Shown one piece after another: positions 8,608 to 24,570 of a stretch of DNA of 64,000 nucleotides (positions within the stretch are counted from its first letter, which is position 1; every line of letters begins with the position of its first letter). The translations under genes were made by a program, and so were the position numbers. A model generated the notes under the pieces. That model had not been told where the DNA came from, searched no databases, and saw only the letters and a program-made list of their open reading frames with translations. The stretch is from assembly GCA_000165345.1 (NCBI GenBank), contig CM000432.1, positions 320,001 to 384,000 on the forward strand, in the 5' to 3' direction.

Positions 8608-11034
8608 ATGAAATGTCCAAAAAGAGTTTGGATTGTATATGCATCACAAACAGGTAAATCAGAGAGATTATCTTATGATATTAGAGACGAATTGTGGAAA
8701 ATTGGAGTAATTGGATATCCAACATCAATCGACCAATTTGAACATATTTTTTTTGATTATTTTGAAGAAGAAAACGAGGAAAATGTTGATAAAAAATCTG
8801 AAATCGAATTTCCTATGATAATTTTTGTATTATCAACAACAGGACAAGGAGAAGTACCTGATACAATGGTTTCATTTTGGAATCGAATTCTTTTGAATAA
8901 TTTAAATACAAAATTAATCAAAAAAATGAATTTTACAATATTTGGAATGGGTGATCGATGTTTTGGTAATGAGAGATTTAATATTACTGCAAGAAAATTA
9001 CGACATCTATTATTAAATTATGGAGCAATTGAAAAAATACCATGGGGATTAGGTGATGAATCACATGATTTTGGTATTTTAGGAGAATATGATCCATGGA
9101 TTGAAAATATTATTAAAATGTTTACATCAAATCTTCAAATTGATGATTATTTTAAAATTAATATATTACCTATAAATAAATATAAATGTGAAATTATTGA
9201 TATTCATCCTGAAAAACAAATAAATTATGAATTTGATATGGAATTAGATTATGAGTTAAAAAATTCATTAAATATTCAAAAAAAACATGTTACTGATATG
9301 AATCGAAAAAGTATCTCATTTCCAACTATTTCAAATGTATTATATAATCAAGAATGCGATAAAGAATCTAAAAATAGAAGAATTAAAAAAATTAAATTTG
9401 GATTATCTAATCAAGATCAAATTCATTATAAATCTGGAACACATATTGCTGTTTGGCCTGTTAATCCTATTGAAAAAGTTTTACAATTTATTGATTTGTT
9501 TAATAAAAAAATTAATCCAAAAACTATAATAAAAATCCAATTTAATGATAATTATTATAATTGTTTATGTAATCAATTGGATGAATGTGAATACAAAATT
9601 CAAAATGATCATCTTAATCTAAATAAATTTAAACAGTGTTATATTGAAAATCAAGAATATAAAATTAATAGTCATTTTCCATTAAATGAAAAAATATCAA
9701 TATTTACATTAATATATCGATATTTAGATATTATGAATATACCAGAAAGAAGATTTGTTAATCAATGTTATTATAATACAAGTCATGATATGCATAAACA
9801 ACGTTTAAATGAAATGATACAAAAAACTGTTGATTCAAAAAAAGATTATTGTGATTATATTAAAGATGAACATCGTAATTATATTGAGTTATTATGGGAT
9901 TTTAATTCTATACAATTAGAAATTGATGTTATTATTAATTATATACCAATTATTATTCCTAGATATTATTCTATTTGTAATACTAAGAATTGGTATAAGT
10001 TTAATCTATGGAGATATATTGAATATGAAGAATATATAAGAAAAAATAGTATTGGATTTTCACATAATAATGAATTAATTTTACCAGAAATATTTTCTAA
10101 TATACTTGGAATATTATTACCTAAAATTCAAATTAATTCTAATAATTATTATAATATATTTAAAACATTAAGATCTAAAGTTATTAATAATTATTTCATT
10201 AAAGCTAAAGAAAATTATTTAAATAATATTATGAAAGAATACAAAAATATAAGTTATCATCAAAAATATGGTTATTTAAATTATCATCATATTATTGAAA
10301 TATGTGTTGATATTATTGAATGGAATACTGTATATAATCGAAAAATACGTGGATTATGTTCTGGATATTTAGATGATGTTATATTAAATCAAAAAACATT
10401 AATAGCATTTGAAAATAAAATTACTAATGAAATTCATAAAGAATTAGTTGATCCAAAAATACCTGTTTTATTAATATCTTGTGGATTAGGTATTACAGGA
10501 ATTATTTCAATCTTACAAGAAAGAATTTTTAATATTATGTTAAAGCCAAAATTTAATAATGAAAAAGAAATTACTAATAATACACTTGTATATATTGGAT
10601 TAAGATATAGTAATGTAATGTATCCATATATTGATCAAATTAATGAATTTTCAAGAAGAAAAGAGTTAATAAATCAAGTCAAATTTAATATATCATATTC
10701 AAGAAAAAATCCTGATATTCAAGAATCTATATTTAATAACCATTCATCAGAAAATCATCAAGTGGTCAATTTAAATCATTTAAAATCTGGTTGTTATATA
10801 CAATCATTATTATTATCAGATGAAGATGATAATATGAGAGATTATATTGTTAATTGCATATTAAATGGTTATATTTTAATTTGTGGAAATGCATTAACAA
10901 TGCCTATGGAAATTAGAGAAACTTTAGCAAAAATACTTGTATTACAAGGTAAATTTGATAAAATTGAAGATTCTTTAATATATATAAAAAAGTTAATTAG
11001 ATATGGTAGATATATTGAAGAGACATGGGTTTAA
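8608..11034 (+). CDS. NADPH-dependent diflavin oxidoreductase (Tah18/NDOR1-like): flavodoxin-like FMN domain, then FAD and NADPH-binding ferredoxin-reductase-type domains; 808 aa
   Basis: N-terminal flavodoxin motifs (VWIVYASQTGKSE; FVLSTTGQGEVPD; FGMGDR); FAD-binding RYYSICNT; NADPH-binding PVLLISCGLGITG. There are Asn/Ile-rich insertions between the domains. Confidence 0.75.
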   Translation: MKCPKRVWIVYASQTGKSERLSYDIRDELWKIGVIGYPTSIDQFEHIFFDYFEEENEENVDKKSEIEFPMIIFVLSTTGQGEVPDTMVSFWNRILLNNLNTKLIKKMNFTIFGMGDRCFGNERFNITARKLRHLLLNYGAIEKIPWGLGDESHDFGILGEYDPWIENIIKMFTSNLQIDDYFKINILPINKYKCEIIDIHPEKQINYEFDMELDYELKNSLNIQKKHVTDMNRKSISFPTISNVLYNQECDKESKNRRIKKIKFGLSNQDQIHYKSGTHIAVWPVNPIEKVLQFIDLFNKKINPKTIIKIQFNDNYYNCLCNQLDECEYKIQNDHLNLNKFKQCYIENQEYKINSHFPLNEKISIFTLIYRYLDIMNIPERRFVNQCYYNTSHDMHKQRLNEMIQKTVDSKKDYCDYIKDEHRNYIELLWDFNSIQLEIDVIINYIPIIIPRYYSICNTKNWYKFNLWRYIEYEEYIRKNSIGFSHNNELILPEIFSNILGILLPKIQINSNNYYNIFKTLRSKVINNYFIKAKENYLNNIMKEYKNISYHQKYGYLNYHHIIEICVDIIEWNTVYNRKIRGLCSGYLDDVILNQKTLIAFENKITNEIHKELVDPKIPVLLISCGLGITGIISILQERIFNIMLKPKFNNEKEITNNTLVYIGLRYSNVMYPYIDQINEFSRRKELINQVKFNISYSRKNPDIQESIFNNHSSENHQVVNLNHLKSGCYIQSLLLSDEDDNMRDYIVNCILNGYILICGNALTMPMEIRETLAKILVLQGKFDKIEDSLIYIKKLIRYGRYIEETWV

Positions 11035-11045
11035 TATTAATTAAT

Positions 11046-13469
<2,424 letters not shown>

Positions 13470-13619
13470 ATTGATTTAATATAAATGAGAAGAAAACTAT
13501 TAAAACAATTTCAAAGTAATAGATTTCTTCTCATATGAAAAAGAGGAATGGTAACTACTATGGATCTTTATTGATTTATTGATCAATTATTAATAGAAAT
13601 ACTTCTATATATATAACTA

Positions 13620-13895
13620 TTTGCAATGGCGGGCACCATATATTATATTAATAACCATATATTAACAGTAAACTGAACAAATAAATTTTAAATTTAGAAG
13701 AATTAATTGATTAATGTTTTAAAAATTAATGAATTATTTCATAAATGAATTTGTAGATTTATTAATTCCTAAGAGCTTTATTTTTCTTTTTTTTTTTAGT
13801 CCAATAATCTTTGATTTTATTTTATTCATCAATATAAAAAGTATTATAATTTTTTTTTTAGGGCTACACACAAAATGGAAAGTGGCGCCATATTT
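13620..13895. promoter_or_regulatory. Divergent promoter region with E2F-like boxes (ATGGCGGGCACCAT 13627..13638; GTGGCGCCAT 13883..13890)
   Basis: GC-rich palindromic boxes in an otherwise more than 80% AT gap between divergent genes starting at 13469 (-) and 14303 (+). Confidence 0.5.
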
Positions 13896-14302
13896 TAAAT
13901 TTATTAATAAATAATATTTCTTTTTTTTTTTTGTTTTTTTAATAATTACTGAATAATTAATTGAAAAGGAAAGTGAAGAAATAAGGAAGAAAATATTTGT
14001 AATAATAACAACAAATAATACTATTGAAATTAGTACAAGGAACTATATTCCAATTCTAAAGTTAGTTATTCTAATTAGATAAGAAAAATCAGGTAATATT
14101 TAGAGATTTGAAATTAAAAGAGGATTTTGTTTATATATATATAAATAAATAAAAATAAGAATAAAAGGCTAAGATTTTAGATTAATAGTTTGAATTTGGT
14201 ATTGAATAGCAAGATTTATCAAATTTAAAAACTAATAATAACAAACTTGACTTAACTTATTATATTTTAGAAATTCCTTACTTTAAGTTTGTGTTAAAAA
14301 CA

Positions 14303-17179
14303 ATGGGTTGGAAATGTACAGTATGTTTGGTAACAAATGATGAGGATGCAAAAGTATGTGTATGTTGTGAATATGCTAGGGAAAAGGATGAAGAACAACA
14401 AAAACAACAATCTTCAGGTCCAATCTTTAATTCAAGTATATTTTCATCAACAGATTCTTCTTGTCCAGTATTTACATTTGGAGCCCCAGTAAACAATATG
14501 AATACAAATCATCAAAATTCTAGTTGTTTTGTTCCAACTTTTGGTAATAATGAAAAATCTCCAACAACTCCAATAATTGTAGCAGAGGAAACTCCAATTT
14601 TACAAAGTGTAGATATTCATCAAGAAAGAAAAGAAGAACAAAAACAGTATTTTGATAAGTTTAATAATGATTTTATTGAATATCAATCATTTATTAAAAA
14701 AGTACCAAATAATAATAAGGTACCTTTAGGTACTGTTTGGGTGTGGGGTTCAGGAGAATGTGATCAATTAGGGATAAAGGAAACTTTATTGGATGAGGAT
14801 TTATGTTTAAAGAGACCAAAACGAATAGAAATTATTTCTAAATATGAAAATATTGTTGATATCTCTTCTGGAGCTTTACATAATCTTATTTTGACAGAAA
14901 AAGGTGAAGTACTTTCTTGGGGGTGTAATGATGATGGAGCATTAGGACGTCTTTCATCAAAGTTTAAAGCTAAATTAGAGAAGCTTAATAAGAAGAGTGA
15001 TAATGATAAGAATAGAAATAAAGATGAAGAAGATGAAGAAGAAGATGAAGAAGATGATGATGAAGTAGAAAATGAAGATGAAGAAGAGCCTGAAGATAGT
15101 GAAAAGTATCCAAATAAGATAGAATTCCCATTAGATATGAAGTATTGTCAAGTAAAATCAATCATTAGTGGTGATTGTTATAGTTGTTGTTTGACAGAGA
15201 ATGGAGAAGTATATTTGTGGGGATCATATAAGGATAGTGGAGGATATATAGGATTCCCAAACTTTCAATTAATGAGTGGAAGCTTAGTGGGTTATAAACA
15301 ATATAATCCAATAAAAGTTCCAATATTTGGTATGAAAGAAGATTCTTCAAATAAAAGAAATATTGGAAGAAAAAAGATAAAATTAGAAAAGGAAACAAGT
15401 ATAAAAATGGTAGGAAAAGCTAAAAAGATTATTGGTGGAGAGAATCATACAATTGTTATAACTGAAGATATGAGAATATTTGCATGGGGAAGTACGGAAT
15501 TTGGACAATTTGGCATAAAACCAGTAGAGGATAAAATGGAAAAGACAAAATACTTATATCCTATAGAAATAGATCATGACACTTTGGGATTTCCTAATCA
15601 TTTGGTAATACAGGATATATATTGTGGAAGAGCTTCCACATTCTTTGTATTAAAAGATGTTAATAAGAATATTCTTCAGGTATTTGCATGTGGTAGAAAT
15701 GGTAGGAATGAATTGGGAATATTTGAGAAATCTTCAGAAAATGGATGTGAGAATAATAATAATGAGGAGGATCCAATAGTTTTTATACCAAAAAAGGTGA
15801 ATATAGCAGATTTTGATACAGAATGTAGTAAATGTAAGAGTACTAAACCAATTAAACAGATTGGAGGAGGACAATATTATTCAGCTTTATTAAATTGTTG
15901 TGGGGAAGTATTTATATGGGGAATGAAGGACTGTTGTGGTTTGGAGGGTCAGTTAATTAAGAATGGAAATGAGAAGATTTTAAAAGAAAGGGATATCAAG
16001 GTACCTACAAAAATTGAACATCTTAAGAATATTATAAAATTAGGATTTGGAGCAGATAGCTGTTTTGCTATTGATGCGAATGGAATATTATTTGTTTGGG
16101 GGATGAATTTGACAGGTCAGATTGGAATTAAAAAACTGATTGATTCAGAAGTTGTTTTGAATCCACAAATTATGAATCCTAAGACTTTTCTATTAGATAA
16201 TGATGGCTTTGATTCCAATTTTGTTTTAAAAGTTGTTGGTGGATCTCAACATTCTATGGCTTTGATATGGAACGGATCTTATTCAAATAAGTTCATGCTT
16301 GAAGAAGAAGAAGAGGAAGAAGAAGAAAAAGAGGAAACTGAGAGAAGTCTTAAAAGAATGAATGCAAAGAGGTTTGATAAGGAGCTGGATATAGAGAAAG
16401 AAGAGGAAGAGCAAGAGGAAGAGCAAGAGGAAGAGCAAGAGGAAGAGGAAGTGGAAGAGGAAGTGGAAGATGAAGAAGAAGAGGAAGAAAAAGAAAAGGA
16501 AGAAGAAGAAGAAAAAAAGAGAAAGAATACAAAGACTTTGTCCAGAGGAGGAAGAGCTGGAAAAAATGATACAGCAAAGACCGTTATAAAAAAGATTGAG
16601 AAGAGTAAATTTGAGAATGGTGGGGTCAAAACTGCCTCGAAAGCCAAAACAAAGACCAAATCCGAACCTAAACCCAAAACTGAGGCAACATCCAAGACAG
16701 CCAAAACTAAAGCTAAGACTGAGCCCAAGTCAACTTCTAAACCTGTTGCTAAGGTAAAAACAACCAACTCCAAAACTAAGGCAAAAACTGAACCTAAAAC
16801 TGAATCTAAAACTAAACCTAAAACTTCCTCATCTTCTTCTAAAGCCAAAACTGAATCTAATTCCATCAAAACTACCTCCAAGGCCAAGACAAAAGTAGAT
16901 TCAAAGACGAAGGCAACCATCTCTAAAACTAAAACCAAAACTGAACCCAAAACCAAATCCAAAACTGAACCCAAGATTGAACCCAAAATTAAACCCAAAA
17001 GCTCCTCTACTAAATCCAAGGCTGAACCCAAAACTACAAAAGCTGCCTCTAAAACCAAGGCCAAGACTATGACAACCACCAAAACTACCAAAACAAAAAC
17101 TACTGCTAAATCAAAAAATGATACATCTAAATCAACAACTAGTTGTAAAAAAACTACTAGATGTAAAACCAAAGAATAG
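14303..17179 (+). CDS. RanBP2-type zinc finger + RCC1-repeat (beta-propeller) protein with a poly-Glu segment and a histone-H1-like Lys/Thr/Pro-rich C-terminal tail
   Basis: WKCTVCLVTNDEDAKVCVCCEYAR is a RanBP2 ZnF (W-C-x2-C...N...C-x2-C). Repeated RCC1 blades (VWVWGSGECDQLG; HNLILTEKGEVLSWGCNDDGALG; CCLTENGEVYLWGS; IVITEDMRIFAWGSTEFGQFG; FAIDANGILFVWGMNLTGQIG). The tail is AKTKTKSEPKPKTE... The track ORF began at a GTG at 14291; the first ATG is at 14303. Confidence 0.8.
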   Translation: MGWKCTVCLVTNDEDAKVCVCCEYAREKDEEQQKQQSSGPIFNSSIFSSTDSSCPVFTFGAPVNNMNTNHQNSSCFVPTFGNNEKSPTTPIIVAEETPILQSVDIHQERKEEQKQYFDKFNNDFIEYQSFIKKVPNNNKVPLGTVWVWGSGECDQLGIKETLLDEDLCLKRPKRIEIISKYENIVDISSGALHNLILTEKGEVLSWGCNDDGALGRLSSKFKAKLEKLNKKSDNDKNRNKDEEDEEEDEEDDDEVENEDEEEPEDSEKYPNKIEFPLDMKYCQVKSIISGDCYSCCLTENGEVYLWGSYKDSGGYIGFPNFQLMSGSLVGYKQYNPIKVPIFGMKEDSSNKRNIGRKKIKLEKETSIKMVGKAKKIIGGENHTIVITEDMRIFAWGSTEFGQFGIKPVEDKMEKTKYLYPIEIDHDTLGFPNHLVIQDIYCGRASTFFVLKDVNKNILQVFACGRNGRNELGIFEKSSENGCENNNNEEDPIVFIPKKVNIADFDTECSKCKSTKPIKQIGGGQYYSALLNCCGEVFIWGMKDCCGLEGQLIKNGNEKILKERDIKVPTKIEHLKNIIKLGFGADSCFAIDANGILFVWGMNLTGQIGIKKLIDSEVVLNPQIMNPKTFLLDNDGFDSNFVLKVVGGSQHSMALIWNGSYSNKFMLEEEEEEEEEKEETERSLKRMNAKRFDKELDIEKEEEEQEEEQEEEQEEEEVEEEVEDEEEEEEKEKEEEEEKKRKNTKTLSRGGRAGKNDTAKTVIKKIEKSKFENGGVKTASKAKTKTKSEPKPKTEATSKTAKTKAKTEPKSTSKPVAKVKTTNSKTKAKTEPKTESKTKPKTSSSSSKAKTESNSIKTTSKAKTKVDSKTKATISKTKTKTEPKTKSKTEPKIEPKIKPKSSSTKSKAEPKTTKAASKTKAKTMTTTKTTKTKTTAKSKNDTSKSTTSCKKTTRCKTKE

Positions 17180-17442
17180 TCCCAATATAAAAAATATTAG
17201 TAATAAAATCTGATTGAAAATCCTTTTAATTATATTCTACTACTAGTAATATTATATACTCGAAGAGAAATTAATTAATTAGAAATTAATTTAATATATT
17301 TATATATTATTATTAAACTTTTTTGATCTTAAAATTCCTTTATGATGTGAAAAAGAGAGAAATCCTACTAGAAATACTTTCTCTTTTAACTTGAACTCCA
17401 CCTACACTTCTATCCCAAATAATAATATCATTTTCAAGTGAA

Positions 17443-19503
<2,061 letters not shown>

Positions 19504-19869
19504 TATTATTATTATTATTATTATTGTTAATTTTCTTCTAGTAATTCAAATTCATTATTGCTCGAATATTTACTTAATTACTTCAATTAGAAGTAAAATA
19601 TCCTCTCTTAACTTAAAGTTCTTTAATCAATAGTATTTAATAATATTCCAATCTCTTTTTTTTGAATAAAAAAACTCTTATTCTTTCTATTAATCACTGT
19701 TTTAAATTTTTATTATTTTTTACAGAATATTTACATAAATTTTTTTTTTTAACTGCTTAATGCACAAATGCAACATCCTATTCCCCCCACACATGCAAAC
19801 CGCTGAACACCGGTATTAAAGTCCTGCATGTTCTATTTTTTTAAATTCACACGTAATATATAACTACAT

Positions 19870-19960
<91 letters not shown>

Positions 19961-20097
19961 TTATGATAGCATTATTTTTAACAGATTATATGCGATTAGT
20001 GGAGGAAAAAAAGATATAAAAGAATCAAAAAGAATCAATTAAATATTTTTTTAAGGAGTTAATAAAGTACCAATAGTTAAAGCAAAATTCAAAATAT

Positions 20098-23000
20098 TTA
20101 TAACTTTTTTATTGTTAAGGTTCCCTTATGTAAATACCAAAACTTTTTAATTCCATTCAAATTTCTAATATCATGAGCAACAATAAATGTAGTTGAATGG
20201 CTAAAATACTTAAAAATAATATTTGTAATCAAAGTCGATTTCTTGTTTGAAGTAGAGTTCATATTCACATTATCATTACAATAAATTACCGGTGGCTCAT
20301 CAATCAGTAAAATACTTATTTCATTTCTCTTTAAGAAGTAATGAGTAAATAATAACAACCTCTGTATTTGCATTGGTAAATTTAATTCACTAATCTTCCT
20401 GTTCAAATAATTATTCATTATGGTAAGTCTGTCATTTCCCATTAAAAGAGGTGCACTTTCATCTGGTTTTTTCTCTCCCACAAAAGAATTTTTGAAATTT
20501 ATCTTATGGTTAAAATTATTCATGGTTTCTCTTTCTAATAAATAATTAGTTACACCACATATGTTCAATGCAGAAATTATGTTATCATTTGAATAATTTT
20601 CAAATGGGTCAACAGATTCTCTTATTGTTGTATTCTCATTAAAAAATACCTCAACAGGAAGCATTGCAACATGTCTCATCATATTATAATCTTCCAAAAA
20701 TATCTTCATTATTTCTTCATCCACATTACTCCTACATAACTTGCAGTTTACTAAGTGGTTGCTGTTTAGTAAATTATTATTGGAAGAAATTGGATGGCTT
20801 ATTTTTCCTTTATGTTTCAAAGATTTTGCTATTAAAAATAGTAATGAAGTTTTTCCAGACCCTGATCGTCCAACTATTCCTATTATCTCTCCTTTATTTG
20901 CTATAGCATTTATATTATTTAAACAACAAACTTGTTTTACCAATGTTCCTCTAACTTCTGAACGATCTAATTGAGATTTCTCATTCTCCGTTGATAAATT
21001 TGAATGATAACCATATGCTGACTCTAATATTATATTATTATTTTGGTTCATTTTTATATTGTTATCATATTTCACATTATTGTTTTCTAATAAATCATTC
21101 TTCATTTTGTATTCATCTTTAATAAGCTCCAAATACTTTCTCATCCTTTCCACAGAAACTAATTCCTTTTCTAGTCGCATTAAATACCTCACAACCTCGT
21201 CAATTCTGCTTAGAGAACCAAAAGCAGTAGCAATCATTAAAGCTATTAATATTTTTGAACTTCCATTTGAAAAATATGATGAAAATACATTGAAAAATGT
21301 TAATGGAATAATAATTCCAACTTGAAGTCTAATCTTTAGCCAAGCTTCCAGAGAAGATTGAATATATATTGGTCTCATAATCTCTTGAAGCTGGCCATAT
21401 CCATTTTCTAAATAAAATCTGTCCAACTTCTGAGGTCTTATACATTCTTTTCCATCGCATATATTTCTAACTGTATCTACTAATAATGAAATCTCTGAAA
21501 TATAAGTATTATGTAATAATCTGCATGAATGTATAAAATACCTAAATATATATTTATATATTATATAGAAAAGTATTGAGAATAATATAGTCTGTATTAT
21601 TGGATATTCTGAAGCTAATATAGATAAATATATTGTTGCCAATACTCTATTAACTGCTGTAACAAATTGTCCAACCCTTTTAGTTGTACAATAATCAATT
21701 GTGAGTTGGTCCAAGCTGATTCTATTCAATATAAATGATACTGGTATATATCTGATACAAGAAGAAAGTTTTGATCCAATATATCCTAATAAAAATGAAT
21801 TATGCAAATTATTCGCAGCTCTTAATCCAACGTAAACTTCTAGAATACCGCTTGCAATGACTGATAGTATTGCCAAAAAAATACAAACAAAATATGTGAA
21901 ATAAAGAATATCAACACCTATAATTCCTCCAATTTTACTTCCTGTTTCACTTACTAGTGATAAATTACCTAATAGTACTTTTTCTCCAAATAATAAAATG
22001 AATTGATGAAGCAATAGTAATACCAAATAAAGTATCATTTCTAATGATGATTCTTGAATCTTTTCAGTAATTGACCAATTTTTTGGATATTTAAATCTAT
22101 TTGCAGCTTTCAATATATAGAAAAATAAAGTAGAGTATGAGTTTTCTGAAGAGCCACCTAAAACTTCTTTTTTTGGAAGAAGCTCAATAAATTCTTCAGT
22201 TTTTTCCTCACAACATTTTAAACTATTTAATCCCATATCCACCCTATTTTCATACTTTATATGAGTTTGGCTATCAGCAATTTCACTTTCATTACCGTTA
22301 GAATTACTACTTAAATTTAAGACTTCATCCTCCTCAGTAGAAAGTTCCCACAAATCTTTAGAAAAATCAGTATCAAAGCAGAAATCATTAATAATAGAAT
22401 GTATACTGGAAGATGTATTAACACTTGTAGTTGATTTTGGTGATTCAATATTGACACCAAAACTCCTATTTTCACCATATTTGAATGGTATTACGTGTAT
22501 TATAGATTCCAGAATATTATTAGGAAGGAAATTAAGCATTTGAGTATCCAAAATCATTATAGAAAATACATGTTTCAGTAATCCATTTTCATGATTAAAT
22601 AGTTTCTCAAGTATTGAACAACAAACTGGAGGATCCAAACTACTAAATATTGAATCTAATATCAAAATTGGAACACCATCTTGAAGATTGTTGTTAGATT
22701 CATCATTTTTAGATTCAATTCCATATAATGCTCTTGAAAGAGAAAGGCGAACCTTTTGGCCTCTACTGAATTGAACTTGTGAGAATATAGTACTTCTGGC
22801 CATATCATAAGTTGAAATACCCCAAGATACAAAGTCATTCCTTAGCTCACAAATATCTATAACTCTCTCCCATGAATCCTGGTCATAATCTCTTCCATTC
22901 AAAATAATATCAGCTAGACTCATACCATCTGTAATCCACGAATCCAAGGGAACATAACATACTGGGTTAGAAATGTCTGCCAATATATTCGATATTTCTC

Positions 23001-24570
23001 TTTTCTTTTGCAATTTACTCCTATTATTACTATTTTCAATTGTTTGATCATTTACTCCTAAAATATCCCTTCTTTCTAACTCAATCCTAATTCCATCCCT
23101 ACCATTAACTCCAAAAACCACCCTCCTACATAAATCAGTTAACAAATGATTATAAGATATATCATTACACGAAAATATTACTGGTACTCCATACTTCATC
23201 TCTATTTTTTTGGGAATGTTGGCGCCAAAAAGCATAGAATCTGCATGCAAAATAATATTTTCATTTTTGTCAATAACTTCAAAAGAAGTCGAAGTTTTGG
23301 CGGGAAATTTGCTTCTTGTAATTTGCATTAGTTTTGCAAGTCTATTAAGAGCATTATTTCCTTCTGAGATGTAATATATAAGATAACATAATTCCTGAAG
23401 TGGGGTGTAAAAGGATGGGACAAGAATTGCAGAGTCAATGATCATTTCAATACTTTTGTAAGTATCAAAGTGGTTATACCATACATAAATAGAAATAATT
23501 CCATAACAGAAATATCCCATAGACCTGGATATAATTTCTTCAATAGTAAAAAAGTATTTTCTGAAAGATCCAAAAAGCATTTCGTTTCGTCTGGATTCAG
23601 ATAAAAGTTTGTGAAAAGTGGAAGTAAAATGGTCTTGAGTAAGATTTAAAGACCTTGAATTTTCAATAATATTAGTAGTTTCAGCAATTCTCTTTTCCCT
23701 ATGAGCAATAAATGGCTTTTTGAAGAGAGTACTAATAAATAAAGATATTATAGCTCCAGCAAATAAAGTTGATAAGGAAAAGATTAATAATTTCATGGAA
23801 TGATCATCAAAAGTTTTGATAGCAATTGCAAAAGTGGAAGCAATTTTTATTGGAAAGATGAATATTCTAATTGAATACGAGATAGCATTTTCTGAAAAAT
23901 CAGAGTCAACTGTAATCACATTTTGATATCTCGAAATCTTCGACTTTGGAAGTTGTTCAGAATCTTCATTTTGATATAAACAAAAATTAGAATCACAATT
24001 TGAAAGTCTTAAAAGTGAAACTCCATTAATAGCTCCAATTACTCTTGCTCTAACTCTCATAATATAATACTTGAGATGAGTGTCAGATAAAAGAAAAGTA
24101 GCTTTTAGAATAAAAATGAAAATACTCGCAACCAGACCAGTTTCTTTGCTTCCAGCTGTTCTAGTACCTATTAAAGCTCCTATAAAGAGAATTCCCTTGT
24201 ATTTAACAAAAGCATCCAAAGCAATCAATAGAAATGTCAATATAACATACCTACAATAATCTTCTTTAAATGCTTTTAATATACTTAAATACATATCAAG
24301 TCCTGACCAGTTCTTATCACCAAGCTGATTTTCCTTTTCTTTTATTACTTTCTCCAAAGTTATTGTATCTTCCTTCACTGAATGAATATTATATCCAAAT
24401 GGGATAGCTTTAGATTTAAGAGTAGTTAAATTACATTTATAATTACTATTATCTTTGTTTTTTTCCTGATCATTTTGATGATTCTTAAATAAATAGTTAA
24501 CAGTTTTGTCAATTTTATTTAGAAATAGATTGTCAATAAAACTTAATATCGAGCTGAATTTATTTGACAT
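20098..24570 (-). CDS. ABC transporter, ABCC(MRP)-like full transporter (TMD-NBD-TMD-NBD), 1490 aa; copy 1 of a tandem triplet
   Basis: NBD2 has Walker A GRSGSGKTSLL, Walker B ILLIDEPP and H-loop IVAHD. NBD1 has signature FSRGQKVRLSLSRALY and Walker B ILILDSIFSSLD but no P-loop. Two polytopic TM domains. Confidence 0.9.
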   Translation of the reverse strand: MSNKFSSILSFIDNLFLNKIDKTVNYLFKNHQNDQEKNKDNSNYKCNLTTLKSKAIPFGYNIHSVKEDTITLEKVIKEKENQLGDKNWSGLDMYLSILKAFKEDYCRYVILTFLLIALDAFVKYKGILFIGALIGTRTAGSKETGLVASIFIFILKATFLLSDTHLKYYIMRVRARVIGAINGVSLLRLSNCDSNFCLYQNEDSEQLPKSKISRYQNVITVDSDFSENAISYSIRIFIFPIKIASTFAIAIKTFDDHSMKLLIFSLSTLFAGAIISLFISTLFKKPFIAHREKRIAETTNIIENSRSLNLTQDHFTSTFHKLLSESRRNEMLFGSFRKYFFTIEEIISRSMGYFCYGIISIYVWYNHFDTYKSIEMIIDSAILVPSFYTPLQELCYLIYYISEGNNALNRLAKLMQITRSKFPAKTSTSFEVIDKNENIILHADSMLFGANIPKKIEMKYGVPVIFSCNDISYNHLLTDLCRRVVFGVNGRDGIRIELERRDILGVNDQTIENSNNRSKLQKKREISNILADISNPVCYVPLDSWITDGMSLADIILNGRDYDQDSWERVIDICELRNDFVSWGISTYDMARSTIFSQVQFSRGQKVRLSLSRALYGIESKNDESNNNLQDGVPILILDSIFSSLDPPVCCSILEKLFNHENGLLKHVFSIMILDTQMLNFLPNNILESIIHVIPFKYGENRSFGVNIESPKSTTSVNTSSSIHSIINDFCFDTDFSKDLWELSTEEDEVLNLSSNSNGNESEIADSQTHIKYENRVDMGLNSLKCCEEKTEEFIELLPKKEVLGGSSENSYSTLFFYILKAANRFKYPKNWSITEKIQESSLEMILYLVLLLLHQFILLFGEKVLLGNLSLVSETGSKIGGIIGVDILYFTYFVCIFLAILSVIASGILEVYVGLRAANNLHNSFLLGYIGSKLSSCIRYIPVSFILNRISLDQLTIDYCTTKRVGQFVTAVNRVLATIYLSILASEYPIIQTILFSILFYIIYKYIFRYFIHSCRLLHNTYISEISLLVDTVRNICDGKECIRPQKLDRFYLENGYGQLQEIMRPIYIQSSLEAWLKIRLQVGIIIPLTFFNVFSSYFSNGSSKILIALMIATAFGSLSRIDEVVRYLMRLEKELVSVERMRKYLELIKDEYKMKNDLLENNNVKYDNNIKMNQNNNIILESAYGYHSNLSTENEKSQLDRSEVRGTLVKQVCCLNNINAIANKGEIIGIVGRSGSGKTSLLFLIAKSLKHKGKISHPISSNNNLLNSNHLVNCKLCRSNVDEEIMKIFLEDYNMMRHVAMLPVEVFFNENTTIRESVDPFENYSNDNIISALNICGVTNYLLERETMNNFNHKINFKNSFVGEKKPDESAPLLMGNDRLTIMNNYLNRKISELNLPMQIQRLLLFTHYFLKRNEISILLIDEPPVIYCNDNVNMNSTSNKKSTLITNIIFKYFSHSTTFIVAHDIRNLNGIKKFWYLHKGTLTIKKL

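Noticed and set aside
16279-17172. Minus-strand ORFs 16279..17172 and 16350..16577, antisense to the RCC1 gene tail
   Set aside because: They are antisense readings of GAA/GAG (poly-Glu) and AAR/ACN (Lys/Thr) low-complexity coding sequence. The sense frame is continuous with the upstream RCC1 repeats.
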